From Candidatus Woesebacteria bacterium (lineage in GTDB: Bacteria > Patescibacteriota > Saccharimonadia > Saccharimonadales > EFPC-124), in the NCBI GenBank assembly GCA_050115675.1, contig JASFQB010000006.1, positions 34,211 through 98,210 on the forward strand: DNA of 64,000 bases. Direction: 5' to 3'. Below the pieces are notes generated by a model. The model ran no database searches. It saw nothing but the letters and a program-made list of their open reading frames with translations, and had not been told where the DNA came from. Both the position numbers and the translations under genes were made by a program. Positions 27,576-37,744 of the stretch are shown piece by piece (position 1 is the stretch's first letter; each line of letters opens with the position of its first letter).

Positions 27576-28232
27576 TTACGAATTAAACGTCAAAGATGGA
27601 AGAATTGTATTGTCTAAGTCTGCCTGAAACGTGCGCGACTCTGTATAAAATTGCAGTGTTTTTTCGCGCAGTTTAAATATCATCATCACACCGTCGACAT
27701 CTTTGTCGATTTTTCCTTCAAGCCTGTTTCCGCTTATGCCGTTTGCGCTTGCAGCAGTTGATTTTACCTCGCCTTTTTTGACCTCATCTGCATATGACTC
27801 TAGGGTAGATTCATAAGATTTATCCAAAATACTTACACGCAACGCATATGGCGTACCGCTAGAAAGCGGAGGGACAGCCCCTGGCTGAAAGTACGCCTCG
27901 TAAGTACCGCTTGAGCCGTCCTTATCAATATACGCACTCCAGGTTTTTGGATACATAAAAGCTACACGCCCAAGATCATCTGGGCCAACAAACTCACGAT
28001 TTGGTAGTTTTTCTTGCTCGGCAAAAGTAGCTTGATCTTGCTCGCTCTGAACGCGCCTTGCCTCTGACTCGGCAGCGGCAATTTTTTGATCAACGTTATT
28101 TTTTTGATCCGTATAATTTATGTAGGCCCATATACCAAGCCCACCTGCAGACACAAACAGTAAGCTAAGTACGATTATAATTATTATTAGCGGGTTGAAT
28201 TCTCCACGCTGGTCAGATAATCTCTTATTCAT
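27576..28232 (-). CDS. Hypothetical N-terminally membrane-anchored protein
   Basis: ORF with TM LIIIIIVLSLLFVSAGGLGIWAY then a soluble domain; upstream of the HK in the same operon. Confidence 0.6.
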   Translation of the reverse strand: MNKRLSDQRGEFNPLIIIIIVLSLLFVSAGGLGIWAYINYTDQKNNVDQKIAAAESEARRVQSEQDQATFAEQEKLPNREFVGPDDLGRVAFMYPKTWSAYIDKDGSSGTYEAYFQPGAVPPLSSGTPYALRVSILDKSYESTLESYADEVKKGEVKSTAASANGISGNRLEGKIDKDVDGVMMIFKLREKTLQFYTESRTFQADLDNTILPSLTFNS

Positions 28233-28276
28233 ATCTATAATATTAAGTAGTCCAGAGCTGTTTGTAAAGCTTATGC

Positions 28277-28786
28277 CTACATATTTGGTTTTACAACAAA
28301 TAATTTCATCCCCAGGTCTTCAGACACAACCCTCTGACCTGGAAGGTCAAAGCCATAGCTTGCAACACGCAAAGGTTGTTTTAGCCTATTTGCCTCTTTT
28401 TGTAGTTTTTTTGAAAGACGTTTCATAAATGGACCACCCGAAAAAATAAACACACCTTTTGTATCGTCTGGCAAGTCTGTCAACCAAAAATCTCGCCAAA
28501 ATATATGAATTTTGCTACCATGCTGACGACAACGCCAGCGAGAAGCCAAGCAAAGAAGTGGGTTTATTTCATAACCATAGGCACGCAAACCGCGCGTTGC
28601 CGCCATTTTAAGCACAATTCCGTCACCAGATCCCAAATCTACAATCAAATCGTTTTTATTTAAATTTAACATTTTAAACGCAGCTTCCACGCCAGTTTTA
28701 TGCACAGGAACATACGGCGCCCCCCAAATCACAGTCAAACCAAAAACCATAATTACCAGCAACCCAACTGCAAATAGCCACTCCAC
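28277..28786 (-). CDS. Class I SAM-dependent methyltransferase with N-terminal TM
   Basis: VDLGSGDGIV motif I. Confidence 0.55.
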   Translation of the reverse strand: MEWLFAVGLLVIMVFGLTVIWGAPYVPVHKTGVEAAFKMLNLNKNDLIVDLGSGDGIVLKMAATRGLRAYGYEINPLLCLASRWRCRQHGSKIHIFWRDFWLTDLPDDTKGVFIFSGGPFMKRLSKKLQKEANRLKQPLRVASYGFDLPGQRVVSEDLGMKLFVVKPNM

Positions 28787-29004
28787 TACAATGACTCCTC
28801 TGGACGATCAAATTTTTGTTTAAGAATTGTAATTTTGTTTTCAAGCACAGAAAGCCTGCCTTTAACTTCGTCTGCTAATTTTGCTCCTTCGTCAAACTTT
28901 TTTAGCGCCTCGTCTAAATCTAGATCCTCCTTGTCAAACCAAGCTAGTAGTTCATCTAGGTCATTTAATTGCTGGCTGATTGTTTTAGGATTTTTTTCTG
29001 ACAT
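28786..29004 (-). CDS. xseB: Exodeoxyribonuclease VII small subunit
   Basis: 72 aa, LDEALKKFDEGAKLADE pattern; overlaps xseA. Confidence 0.85.
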   Translation of the reverse strand: MSEKNPKTISQQLNDLDELLAWFDKEDLDLDEALKKFDEGAKLADEVKGRLSVLENKITILKQKFDRPEESL

Positions 29005-30109
29005 TCTTCACTCCTACCTCTATTATGTTACGATACAACTCTACTGTAAGTATGTCGCCTTTTTTAACGTCTGTTGTCTTTTTAACAATAGCATCCTGCT
29101 CGTTTCTCACCAATGCGTATCCGCGTTTTAGAACGGTTTTTGGGTTGAGCTGATTAAGCGTATTTTGTGCATAGTCTAAGCGTCTCTGTTGCATTGCCAA
29201 ATGTTGTTGCATTCGCGTCAAAAGTGTTGTAGATATTGTTGATAATGTATTATTTACAGCATCAACCTGTTGTTGCATTTTATGTCTAGCAAAACGTAGT
29301 TTATGATCAATTTCATTAGCCATGGCATTACGATCTGACACCAGCAATTGCGCCGCATTACTTGGCGTTGATGCGCGAATATCAGCCACTAAATCGCACA
29401 GACTTGTGTCTGTTTCGTGGCCTACAGCTACAAGGGTTGGAATCCTGCTTGCAGCGACCATTCGCACAAGTGGCTCATCGTTAAAAACGGCCAGATCTTC
29501 AACACTGCCGCCACCCCTAGCAAGCACAACTACGTCTACGGGATTTTGGCTTTGATTAAAATAATCTAGTGCCCGCATAATTTGCCGTGGCGCATTTGAC
29601 CCTTGCACCTGAACGTCCGCAACATCAATTTGTAAACCACCCCATCTTTGACCAATAATTTTTATAAAATCTGCATAACCTGCCGATTCTACAGATGCAA
29701 TTAATCCAACGCGCTCGGGCATGACCGGCAAAATTCGTTTGCGTTCGGGTGCGAATAGCCCCTCGCCAGCAAGCTGCTTTTTAAGCATTTCGAACGAACG
29801 CTTAATGTTGCCTTCTCCAATTGGCTTAACTTCGCGAACAGTCAAGCTAAACCTTCCCCAGGCCGTAAGTCGTGGCTGAGCCATCATTTTTACCCGCATG
29901 CCATCCTCCAAAGGCGTTCTAAGCTGATATATCATCATAAAACAGCTAAGCACCCCTTCGTCATCTTTGACATCAAAAAACACAAATTTTTCTTTACTTA
30001 TCTTAAAAGAAGCAACTTCGCCCTCTATTAAAACAAATGGGTACGCATAATCAAGCGTTTGATTAACTAAAGCAATACAATCACTAACACTAAGAACTGT
30101 GTCTTGCAT
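28985..30109 (-). CDS. xseA: Exodeoxyribonuclease VII large subunit
   Basis: N-terminal OB fold (VLIEGEVASF), ARGGGSVEDL, GHETDTSL motifs. Confidence 0.9.
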   Translation of the reverse strand: MQDTVLSVSDCIALVNQTLDYAYPFVLIEGEVASFKISKEKFVFFDVKDDEGVLSCFMMIYQLRTPLEDGMRVKMMAQPRLTAWGRFSLTVREVKPIGEGNIKRSFEMLKKQLAGEGLFAPERKRILPVMPERVGLIASVESAGYADFIKIIGQRWGGLQIDVADVQVQGSNAPRQIMRALDYFNQSQNPVDVVVLARGGGSVEDLAVFNDEPLVRMVAASRIPTLVAVGHETDTSLCDLVADIRASTPSNAAQLLVSDRNAMANEIDHKLRFARHKMQQQVDAVNNTLSTISTTLLTRMQQHLAMQQRRLDYAQNTLNQLNPKTVLKRGYALVRNEQDAIVKKTTDVKKGDILTVELYRNIIEVGVKNVRKKS

Positions 30110-31112
30110 AGTGCCTTAAAGCTAAATGATACAAAACATAACCCGTAGATAAGGCAACAGCCAAAATTATTACGCGTGAGACCAACGTTGCGCTAACAGC
30201 AATCCCCGCTGGCACGCCCGCAGATGCCAAAACGGCCGCCATTAATGGCTCGTATATGCCAAGTCCGCCTGGCAAAATCGCCAATAAACCAGCGATTGTT
30301 GCCACTGCGTACGCAATAATTACAGCGCCTGGATCAACCCAAGTTCCATGCGCAATAAACGCAATATAAACAGAGGTGACCTCCGCAATATTAGCAACCA
30401 AAGCCCAGCCAAAAGCTGCGCCCATCTTACCAAGATCACCCTTAAGAACATGGTAATCATCATGAAGCTCCAAAAAAGTCTTTTCTACTTTTGTTAAACG
30501 AATAGTTTCTGGATATTTACGCCTAAAAAAATGAATTATTTTGTTTAAGATTTTTGCCGCACCATGGCTAAAACTTGCAATGCGCTCTTTAGAGCCAATT
30601 ACAAATATCACACCAATCGCACCAAAAATAATACTAACCGTTATTGCAGTTGCAATTAAAATAATAAAGCTATTGACTTTATCTTCTATCGCTAAAAAGA
30701 TAATCGCAGCAATAAGCAGCACAATAAATGAAGAAAAAGTAAAAACAAACCTTACCAACTGTGCCAGAGTGGATTTTGCGGCCGATACGCCATCGTGTTT
30801 CAATCTAAGCGCTAGGTACGAAAATCCCGAAACCCCACCGCTAGGAAATACATGATTTACAAAATTTAGCTCAATCGCCACAGATATCAACTCTCGCAAC
30901 TTTATTGGCTGGTCAATTGCCTTAAAAAAGTGCGAATACACTTTTGCTATAGCAAAAAATGCAATAAATTGGGCAACAACAATTAACGACAATACCCATA
31001 AATCAAGCTTCCATATTTGATCTAGCGCAGCAATAATATCCGACCACGCAAAAAACACAACCAGCCCTACCGCACCAAAAGTAATTATGTTTAACCAAAG
31101 CTTAAGTTTCAT
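30090..31112 (-). CDS. Flippase-like / lysylphosphatidylglycerol-synthase TM-region family membrane protein (UPF0104)
   Basis: About 8 TM segments, FPSGGVSGF and LPGGLGIYE motifs. Confidence 0.6.
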   Translation of the reverse strand: MKLKLWLNIITFGAVGLVVFFAWSDIIAALDQIWKLDLWVLSLIVVAQFIAFFAIAKVYSHFFKAIDQPIKLRELISVAIELNFVNHVFPSGGVSGFSYLALRLKHDGVSAAKSTLAQLVRFVFTFSSFIVLLIAAIIFLAIEDKVNSFIILIATAITVSIIFGAIGVIFVIGSKERIASFSHGAAKILNKIIHFFRRKYPETIRLTKVEKTFLELHDDYHVLKGDLGKMGAAFGWALVANIAEVTSVYIAFIAHGTWVDPGAVIIAYAVATIAGLLAILPGGLGIYEPLMAAVLASAGVPAGIAVSATLVSRVIILAVALSTGYVLYHLALRHYARHSS

Positions 31113-31201
31113 GCTAGACTTTATTATACAATAGAATTTGATTTTTATCAGTCGTCAATCATTAGCACAGCACAATCAACAAACACCCCAGGACTTTTCT
31201 C

Positions 31202-31210
31202 TGTTATAAT
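31202..31210 (+). promoter_or_regulatory. Extended -10 TGtTATAAT, 6 nt upstream of ATG 31217 (leaderless architecture)
   Basis: tgttataat aacaac ATG read directly. Confidence 0.55.
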
Positions 31211-31216
31211 AACAAC

Positions 31217-32383
31217 ATGATTATCTGCATACTTGGCCGCCAGCCACAGCTTGGCTTGGCCGAACTTGAGTCTCGCTTTGGCGCTGACAGCTTAAAACCA
31301 CTCGGAAACGAAGCCGCGCTTCTTGATGTTGGCCCAAAAAAGGTTAACCACGCCAACTTGGGTGGCACTATTAAAATTGCACAGCACATTGACACAATTA
31401 ACGGTCGCAGCTGGCAGGCAGCAGTTGCTTATTGCCTTAAAAACATCGACAAATTTATTAATCTGTCCGAGGATAGCAAAGTAACCCTTGGCATTAGTGC
31501 CTACGGGGTTCATGTAGCCCCGCGACAGCTTGGACACGGTGCATTGCAAATTAAAAAGCTTCTACGATCACAAAAGCGCTCTGCGCGCGTGGTGCCAAAC
31601 ACCGAAAAAATCCTAAATAGCGCCCAAGTACTACACAACCAGCTAACTGGACCTCGTGGAGTTGAAATTGTTTTTGTTGCACATAAGGGCCAAATTTTTA
31701 TTGGTAGAACCTTGTCAGTGCAAGATGTAGATAGCTACAGCAAGCGCGATTTTGAGCGCCCAGGACGAGACGCATTTATCGGCATGTTACCCCCAAAACT
31801 AGCGCAAATTTTAATTAGCCTAGCAAACCCCAAGTCAAATGACGTATTGATGGACCCATTTTGTGGAACAGGAGTGGTTTTAATGGAGTCCGCTTTGCAA
31901 AATATTCCAATTATCGGCAGCGACATTAACCCAAAAATGGTTAAATACAGCAAAGACAATCTAAAATGGCTTGAACAAAATTACAGCATCTCGCCCACCG
32001 TTAAAGAACTTACCGTGGCTGATGCCGCTAATCACACATGGAGTAATCCAATTGGCTGCGTTGCTTGCGAAACCTACCTCGGCAAGCCTCTCGCCTCTTT
32101 GCCAGACTCAAAAAATCTAGAAAAAATAACCAATGAATGCAACATAATCCTAAGAGACTTTTTAGAAAATCTTGCAAAACAAACCAAGTCTGGCACGCGC
32201 TGTGCAATAGCTGTTCCCGCCTGGAAAACACAAAATTCGCTTATTCATCTGCCAGCTGTTGACGACCTCAAGAAAATGGGCTATAATCGGATAAGTTTTT
32301 CGTATGCGAATGACAATGATCTAATCTATCATAGAACAGATCAAATCGTCGCGCGAGAGTTGTTAGTACTAACAAGAATATAA
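31217..32383 (+). CDS. UPF0020/Trm11-like SAM-dependent methyltransferase (putative RNA methylase)
   Basis: MDPFCGTGVVLMES motif I. The expected (D/N)PPY position reads CETYLG, so it is divergent. Confidence 0.55.
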   Translation: MIICILGRQPQLGLAELESRFGADSLKPLGNEAALLDVGPKKVNHANLGGTIKIAQHIDTINGRSWQAAVAYCLKNIDKFINLSEDSKVTLGISAYGVHVAPRQLGHGALQIKKLLRSQKRSARVVPNTEKILNSAQVLHNQLTGPRGVEIVFVAHKGQIFIGRTLSVQDVDSYSKRDFERPGRDAFIGMLPPKLAQILISLANPKSNDVLMDPFCGTGVVLMESALQNIPIIGSDINPKMVKYSKDNLKWLEQNYSISPTVKELTVADAANHTWSNPIGCVACETYLGKPLASLPDSKNLEKITNECNIILRDFLENLAKQTKSGTRCAIAVPAWKTQNSLIHLPAVDDLKKMGYNRISFSYANDNDLIYHRTDQIVARELLVLTRI

Positions 32384-32398
32384 AGGAAGAGTTTATTT

Positions 32399-32671
32399 AT
32401 GTCACACGTCAAAGCTGGCGGTACAGCCAAAAACGTCCACGATTCACAGGGCCAACGACTTGGCGTTAAGCGCTTTGGCGGTCAAAAAGTTCGTGAAGGC
32501 GAAGTTCTTGTACGGCAAGTTGGCCAAACCAAAGTTGCTGGCTCGGGAACCTTTTTGGGCCGCAATTACACTATTCACGCAGCAAAAGATGGCGTGGTTG
32601 GTTTTAAAGAAGTAAAAATTAAAAGATTTACTGGCAAGACCACCAAACGTACACAAGTTGTTGTAGAATAA
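32399..32671 (+). CDS. rpmA: 50S ribosomal protein L27
   Basis: HVKAGGTAKNVHDSQGQRLGVKRFGGQ. Confidence 0.95.
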   Translation: MSHVKAGGTAKNVHDSQGQRLGVKRFGGQKVREGEVLVRQVGQTKVAGSGTFLGRNYTIHAAKDGVVGFKEVKIKRFTGKTTKRTQVVVE

Positions 32672-32685
32672 AGTCGCTTTTTATC

Positions 32686-32729
32686 TAAAAAACAAATGCA
32701 CCGTTTTAAAACGGTGCATTTGTTTTTTA
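32686..32729. terminator. Bidirectional rho-independent terminator (A-run, 12+ bp stem, T-run)
   Basis: aaaaaacaaatgcaccgt tttaaa acggtgcatttgtttttt. Confidence 0.75.
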
Positions 32730-32741
32730 TAATATTTGTTT

Positions 32742-32777
32742 GGCATCGTGGTTGATAGAACTTCAAACCACGATGCC
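32742..32777. other. 12-bp perfect hairpin
   Basis: ggcatcgtggtt (32742-32753) / aaccacgatgcc (32766-32777). Confidence 0.4.
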
Positions 32778-32833
32778 ACACTTGTTTTGTTACGGTACTA
32801 TGTTCGCCTATGCTCCAAGCTAAAGACAGAGCC

Positions 32834-33133
32834 TCAAGCCGGAAGCCGCATTAGCACCTGAGCTGGATAGCCTCTGCGAGGAATAATTTGCACTTCCGCA
32901 CCTGTAACATCAATTTCTGGCAACGGAGCGCCCTCAAACGCATAGACACCTACAAGTTTACAGATAATCCTACCTGCAGAACGCTTAACAACTCTAATGC
33001 ATAGATCGTACGCGCTCACCATGCCCTCCGCCACATACACAACAGCGATACGCGTCATTACTCCTGGACCAAAACGTCTAAGAAGCTCGCGATAAGTTGG
33101 CAGCAACGTTCCGCAACCCAGATTGTCCATCAT
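32834..33133 (-). CDS. Hypothetical small protein (orphan)
   Basis: RBS GAGAGGA before ATG 33133; 99 aa; no recognisable motif. Confidence 0.45.
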   Translation of the reverse strand: MMDNLGCGTLLPTYRELLRRFGPGVMTRIAVVYVAEGMVSAYDLCIRVVKRSAGRIICKLVGVYAFEGAPLPEIDVTGAEVQIIPRRGYPAQVLMRLPA

Positions 33134-33249
33134 GAGATCCTCTCTCGTATAAGCGACACAAGCCGCAAGTTCAAACTTGCACAAGCAAGCTTTATATATA
33201 ATACAACATAATCGTTGTTTAATAAACAATAAATTTAGCGAATTATCTT

Positions 33250-33627
33250 TTATACACCCAAATGGTGCTTGATTTTATCTACAACGTCTCCAATGACGAC
33301 CTGAGATTTGATTAAATACTCATCAACCCCTAGTTGTTCTGCGCGCTCTTTGTCTTTTGCCTGACTCAAGGCTGTTAGCATAATAATTTTTACGTTCATT
33401 GTTTCTGGTGTATTGCGCAGAATATCTAGCACATCAAAGCCTGTAATTTTAGGCATCATAGCATCTAAAACAATTAAATCTGGCCTAAATGTTACCGCGG
33501 TAGAAAGAGCATCCTCACCATTGATAACATGTTTTACATCGAACCCCTCTAACTGCAGACGCGAAATATAAACATTTGCTAGCGCGCTGTCATCTTCAAC
33601 AAGTAGTATCTTTTTCTTTGGATTCAT
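33250..33627 (-). CDS. Stand-alone response regulator receiver domain (CheY-like)
   Basis: ILLVEDD, PDLIVLDAMMP, IIMLTA, K-containing C-terminus; 125 aa. Confidence 0.8.
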   Translation of the reverse strand: MNPKKKILLVEDDSALANVYISRLQLEGFDVKHVINGEDALSTAVTFRPDLIVLDAMMPKITGFDVLDILRNTPETMNVKIIMLTALSQAKDKERAEQLGVDEYLIKSQVVIGDVVDKIKHHLGV

Positions 33628-33673
33628 ACTATTTACAGTCTACAATAAACCTTTCGCTTTAACCAGTAGTCCA

Positions 33674-34906
33674 TTACTTAAGCATTTCGAAGGCTTTGAG
33701 TTTTTGAGTGTCATTTCCGCTTTTTATGTCTGACTCGGTCAAATCAACTGTAACGTCTGGCTCTATGCCCTCCTTTGAAATATTTTTGCCACCAGGGGTG
33801 TACCATTTAGCAACAGTCACCTTTAGCGCAGATCCATCGCCCAAGTTAACTATTTCTTGCACGCTACCCTTCCCAAAGGTCTTCACGCCCACCAATTTTG
33901 CAGCACCGTTATCTTTTAATGCACCAGCAACAATTTCGCTAGCACTTGCGCTCGCGCCGTCTACAAGAACAACAGTAGGGACTCCACCCAAAATTGGATT
34001 TTTATCTGATTTAAGCGTTTCAACTATTTTGTCTCCAGATTTTTCTTGCACAATAATTTTGTCGTTTAGCCACAGGCTAGAGATTTCTTGTGCAGCCGTC
34101 AAATAACCTCCTCCGTTGCCACGCATATCAAGTACTACACCTTTAACGTTTTTACTCTCAAACTCGCTTGCTGCTTGCGTAGCCAACTGTATAGTATTAC
34201 TCTCAGCAAAGCGAGAGATGCGCATATAACCTATTCCGTCACTAATCTCCCATCTTACACTTGGGTTAACAATAGAATCACGCACTATCGAAAATTCTTT
34301 CAAATCTTGATCGCGCACAACGGTAAGCTTAACTGTTGTGCCTTTTTCTCCACGAATTTCAGCTACGGCTTTTTCTATTGACCAATCTGTTGTGTCTTGG
34401 TCGTTTACTTTGGCAATTTTGTCGTTTGCCATCAATCCAGATTTTTTGGCAGGAGAATCATCTAACGTAGAGACAATTGTTAGCTGGTCGTCTTTTTTGT
34501 CAAGTTCGGCGCCAATTCCGGTAAATGTACCCTCTAGGTCGCTCATAAACTCACTACTCTCTTCTGCATTGAAGTAAACTGTGTAATCATCGCCAGCTGC
34601 CTCTACAAGACCCTTTTTTGCACCCTCAAGCAACGCGTTGGCATCTAATTTGCCATCATATTTTAAGCGTAATTTATCATAGATTTCTTCTACACCAGAG
34701 TAGTCTAGGTCAGAAACCATGTCTTTATTTTGGCTATTTACAACATATGCAATAATGCTGTCTGCTCGAGTACCTAAAACAAACGAAACAACACTAAAAA
34801 TCACGACACAAAGCACCAACGTACTTATTTTAAAACGTTTTTTTGTAAAAGCAGGTAATTTTATATTCACCGTGGCACTCCTAACTGTATCTATACTATC
34901 ACACAA
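33674..34906 (-). CDS. ctp: C-terminal processing peptidase, family S41 (PDZ domain)
   Basis: RGNGGGYL, DGASASASEIVAGALKD (Ser nucleophile region), GKGSVQ; start uncertain. Confidence 0.85.
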   Translation of the reverse strand: MCDSIDTVRSATVNIKLPAFTKKRFKISTLVLCVVIFSVVSFVLGTRADSIIAYVVNSQNKDMVSDLDYSGVEEIYDKLRLKYDGKLDANALLEGAKKGLVEAAGDDYTVYFNAEESSEFMSDLEGTFTGIGAELDKKDDQLTIVSTLDDSPAKKSGLMANDKIAKVNDQDTTDWSIEKAVAEIRGEKGTTVKLTVVRDQDLKEFSIVRDSIVNPSVRWEISDGIGYMRISRFAESNTIQLATQAASEFESKNVKGVVLDMRGNGGGYLTAAQEISSLWLNDKIIVQEKSGDKIVETLKSDKNPILGGVPTVVLVDGASASASEIVAGALKDNGAAKLVGVKTFGKGSVQEIVNLGDGSALKVTVAKWYTPGGKNISKEGIEPDVTVDLTESDIKSGNDTQKLKAFEMLK

Positions 34907-34958
34907 TCATAATCGATATGCGCGCTTTTATAACAACGGTATTTCAGCTTAATTCAAG

Positions 34959-36074
34959 TTAAAAGTGAATAAACTGCAAACCAGCCGAAGATATGACTCT
35001 TTCGCTGTAACGCCCCGTCCAGTCTAGGTTGTATTCGCTAATTAATATAGTTCCGTCACCGTAGACTGCCTCAACATACATGGCGTGACCATATGTTCCA
35101 CCCAACCAAATTGCCACATCTCCAGATTGCGGGCTGCCATCTACAGGAATCCCCTCTGCACGCGCGTTGCCTGGCCACTGATTAGCATTACCGTAGCCAC
35201 CCCAGTACGGCATATATCTGCCAGATTGCCACACCTTAAACGCGGCATAGCTAACACATTCACGACTGTACATTCCCCAACTATCTACATATTGGTCAAG
35301 GTATCCATTACACCAGTTCCACGGGCCAGAATATCCACCACCGCAGTTTGCACCCATGGCCACACTGCCTGCCCACCTTAGATTAGCAAGCCTTTGCTGC
35401 TCGCGCAGCTCCTCGATTTCGCTGTTTTTTTGACCAATTAGGTTTTGGTAAGCTGCTTCTTGACCCTGCGTATCAGCTAAAAGCTTGTTTTTTTCGGCTT
35501 CTTGCGAGTCAAGAGTGGTTTTCATATTTTTTTGATCTTCAATAACTTGCTCTACCTCTGTTTTTTTGCCTTCTAGCTGAACTTTTAGATCCTTAATATT
35601 AGACAAAGTTTTTTGAATTGTGCTTTGAATAGTATTGCGATATTCTTGTTTATCTATATAATCGCCAATGCTTTTGCTAGACGCAATCATCTCTAGCGGA
35701 GATATGTCAGCCTCAAGATACATCGAGCGCAAATTCTCGCCCAGCGCTTTTTTTTGATTAGCTATACGCGTTTCGGTATTACTAATTTGCTGCACAAGCT
35801 GTTGATGTTCTACCTCTTTTTGTTGAATTTGAGCACTTAGCGCAGCCTGCTGTGCATTAAGCGACGCAATAGCGTTTTGCAAAGTATCAGCCTCGGCCTT
35901 TAGCTTGCCTGATTCATCTTGGTAGCCGTTTATTTGCTGCTGCAAAGCCTCTATTTGCTCGTCATAAGTATCTGCTAACACCTGAACAGCAGGCTGAATT
36001 GCCAAAACAAAAACAGACAAAATAAATATAAATGATTTTAAAATAGTGCGTTTTTTTACGTTAAACCTTAACAT
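34959..36074 (-). CDS. PcsB/EnvC-like coiled-coil protein with C-terminal CHAP peptidoglycan hydrolase domain
   Basis: ~220-aa coiled coil (QQQINGYQ..LQ..) then CHAP-like Cys (ECVSYAAFKV) and His (GHAMYVEAV); directly downstream of ftsX. Confidence 0.8.
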   Translation of the reverse strand: MLRFNVKKRTILKSFIFILSVFVLAIQPAVQVLADTYDEQIEALQQQINGYQDESGKLKAEADTLQNAIASLNAQQAALSAQIQQKEVEHQQLVQQISNTETRIANQKKALGENLRSMYLEADISPLEMIASSKSIGDYIDKQEYRNTIQSTIQKTLSNIKDLKVQLEGKKTEVEQVIEDQKNMKTTLDSQEAEKNKLLADTQGQEAAYQNLIGQKNSEIEELREQQRLANLRWAGSVAMGANCGGGYSGPWNWCNGYLDQYVDSWGMYSRECVSYAAFKVWQSGRYMPYWGGYGNANQWPGNARAEGIPVDGSPQSGDVAIWLGGTYGHAMYVEAVYGDGTILISEYNLDWTGRYSERVISSAGLQFIHF

Positions 36075-36080
36075 GCGTTT

Positions 36081-37010
36081 TTACACCTTTAAGTATCTTC
36101 TAATTGCCAGCAATGCCGAAAATACACCAATCATTACACCAATTAACATTTGCGCAGGAATTATCAAAAATGGCCAGGCCTTAAAGAAGTCAATTGTGCC
36201 ATTGACCATAATTTGGTAACTTGCTAGATCGTTTGCGCGAGTCAAAAGCAATGTATATATTATTGCCAAAGAAATTATTGCTGCAAACACGCCGTACAAT
36301 GATGCTTCAACAATAAATGGCCCCCTAATAAAGCTTTTATCAGCACCAATCAGCTTCATAACCTCTATTTCGTCGCGACGGTTAAAAATTGCCATTCGAA
36401 TAGTGTTAAAGATAATCATTATAGATATCACCACAAATATTCCACCTGCAACCAATCCGGCCATTTCAGAAAACTGAGAAACACGCGCAATTGTGTCAAT
36501 TGCCGCCTTGCGCTCACCAGAATTTGATGGCTCCTCGGACTGCAATGCCTTATTTTGCTCGCTATTTATTACCGCGTTTAAAGCGTCTAGCTGGTTTGGA
36601 TCGCTAGTTTTTATACGCAAAGATGCCGGAAACGGATTTTCGCCAATTTCACCCAAGGCTTCAAGCTGAGCAAGCTCTGTTTTGTTTTGTTCGGCAAAAG
36701 CATCGCGCGCTTCTTCTTTAGAGATATACTTTACCTCTGTAACATTTGGCACTGCTTTTATTTCTTTGCCAAATCTCACAACTTCTTCTTGAGTAGCATC
36801 GTCTTTTAAATAAACTGAGATATCAATTTTTTGACGCACTTCTGCAATTGTGTCCGCAAAAACCAGCCTTGCGGTAAACGTAAACAGTACAATTAAAAGC
36901 GTCACAGTCATAACTGCGGTTGCCGCAGTTGTTAGCCAGGCATTACGCGTAAAATTATTTAAACCGTATCTTATAACTCGTAAAAAAGTAATCCATTTGC
37001 GCCTTAGCAT
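36081..37010 (-). CDS. ftsX: Cell division ABC transporter permease-like protein FtsX
   Basis: 4 TM with a large extracellular loop, MKLIGA motif; start at MLRRKW abutting the ftsE stop. Confidence 0.85.
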   Translation of the reverse strand: MLRRKWITFLRVIRYGLNNFTRNAWLTTAATAVMTVTLLIVLFTFTARLVFADTIAEVRQKIDISVYLKDDATQEEVVRFGKEIKAVPNVTEVKYISKEEARDAFAEQNKTELAQLEALGEIGENPFPASLRIKTSDPNQLDALNAVINSEQNKALQSEEPSNSGERKAAIDTIARVSQFSEMAGLVAGGIFVVISIMIIFNTIRMAIFNRRDEIEVMKLIGADKSFIRGPFIVEASLYGVFAAIISLAIIYTLLLTRANDLASYQIMVNGTIDFFKAWPFLIIPAQMLIGVMIGVFSALLAIRRYLKV

Positions 37011-37011
37011 A

Positions 37012-37698
37012 TCATCCCTGCCTGTAACTTCCTTGTGCAATATCGGCAATAATTTTGCCGTGGTCAATAGTAATAACACGCCGCTTGAGTTTGTCTACTA
37101 TGTCTTTGTTGTGCGTTGTTAGCAAAACAGTTGTTCCGTAACGATTAATTTTTTCTAGCAAGCGTACAATATCCCAAGAGTGTCGTGGATCTAGATTGCC
37201 CGTTGGCTCGTCTGCAATTAAAATTTTTGGCTGACGAACCACAGCGCGCGCAATGGCAACGCGCTGGCGCTCCCCGCCTGACAGCTCGCTTGGAAACTTC
37301 TTTTCTTTGCCTGTTAATCCCACTAGCTCTATAACCTTTGGTACGGTATGTTTAATTTCGCGGTTGCTCATGCCAACAATTTCTAGCGCAAAAGATATAT
37401 TTTCAAACACAGTGCGCTGCGGTAAAAGTTTAAAGTCCTGAAAAACAACGCCAATTTTACGTCGCAACAAAAATGTATTGCGATTTTTTAGCGTATCGTA
37501 ATCAATTCCACCAACAATAACCTTACCGCTTGAAGGTCGTTCTTCGCGGGTTAATATTTTTAGCAGAGTAGACTTGCCTGCGCCACTAGTACCTACCAAA
37601 ATTACAAATTCCTTCGGCTCTACGTGTAAACTTACGCGATTTAACGCAGGTTTTGAGTCTTTTCCATAAACTTTTGTTACTCGGTCAAGCAGGATCAT
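37012..37698 (-). CDS. ftsE: Cell division ATP-binding protein FtsE
   Basis: Walker A GTSGAGKST, signature LSGGERQR, Walker B ILIADEPTG; start at MILLDRVTKVYG (uncertain). Confidence 0.9.
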   Translation of the reverse strand: MILLDRVTKVYGKDSKPALNRVSLHVEPKEFVILVGTSGAGKSTLLKILTREERPSSGKVIVGGIDYDTLKNRNTFLLRRKIGVVFQDFKLLPQRTVFENISFALEIVGMSNREIKHTVPKVIELVGLTGKEKKFPSELSGGERQRVAIARAVVRQPKILIADEPTGNLDPRHSWDIVRLLEKINRYGTTVLLTTHNKDIVDKLKRRVITIDHGKIIADIAQGSYRQG

Positions 37699-37744
37699 CA
37701 CCTGTAATTGTAGCATAAGCACCTACATAAAGATAAGGCCTTTG

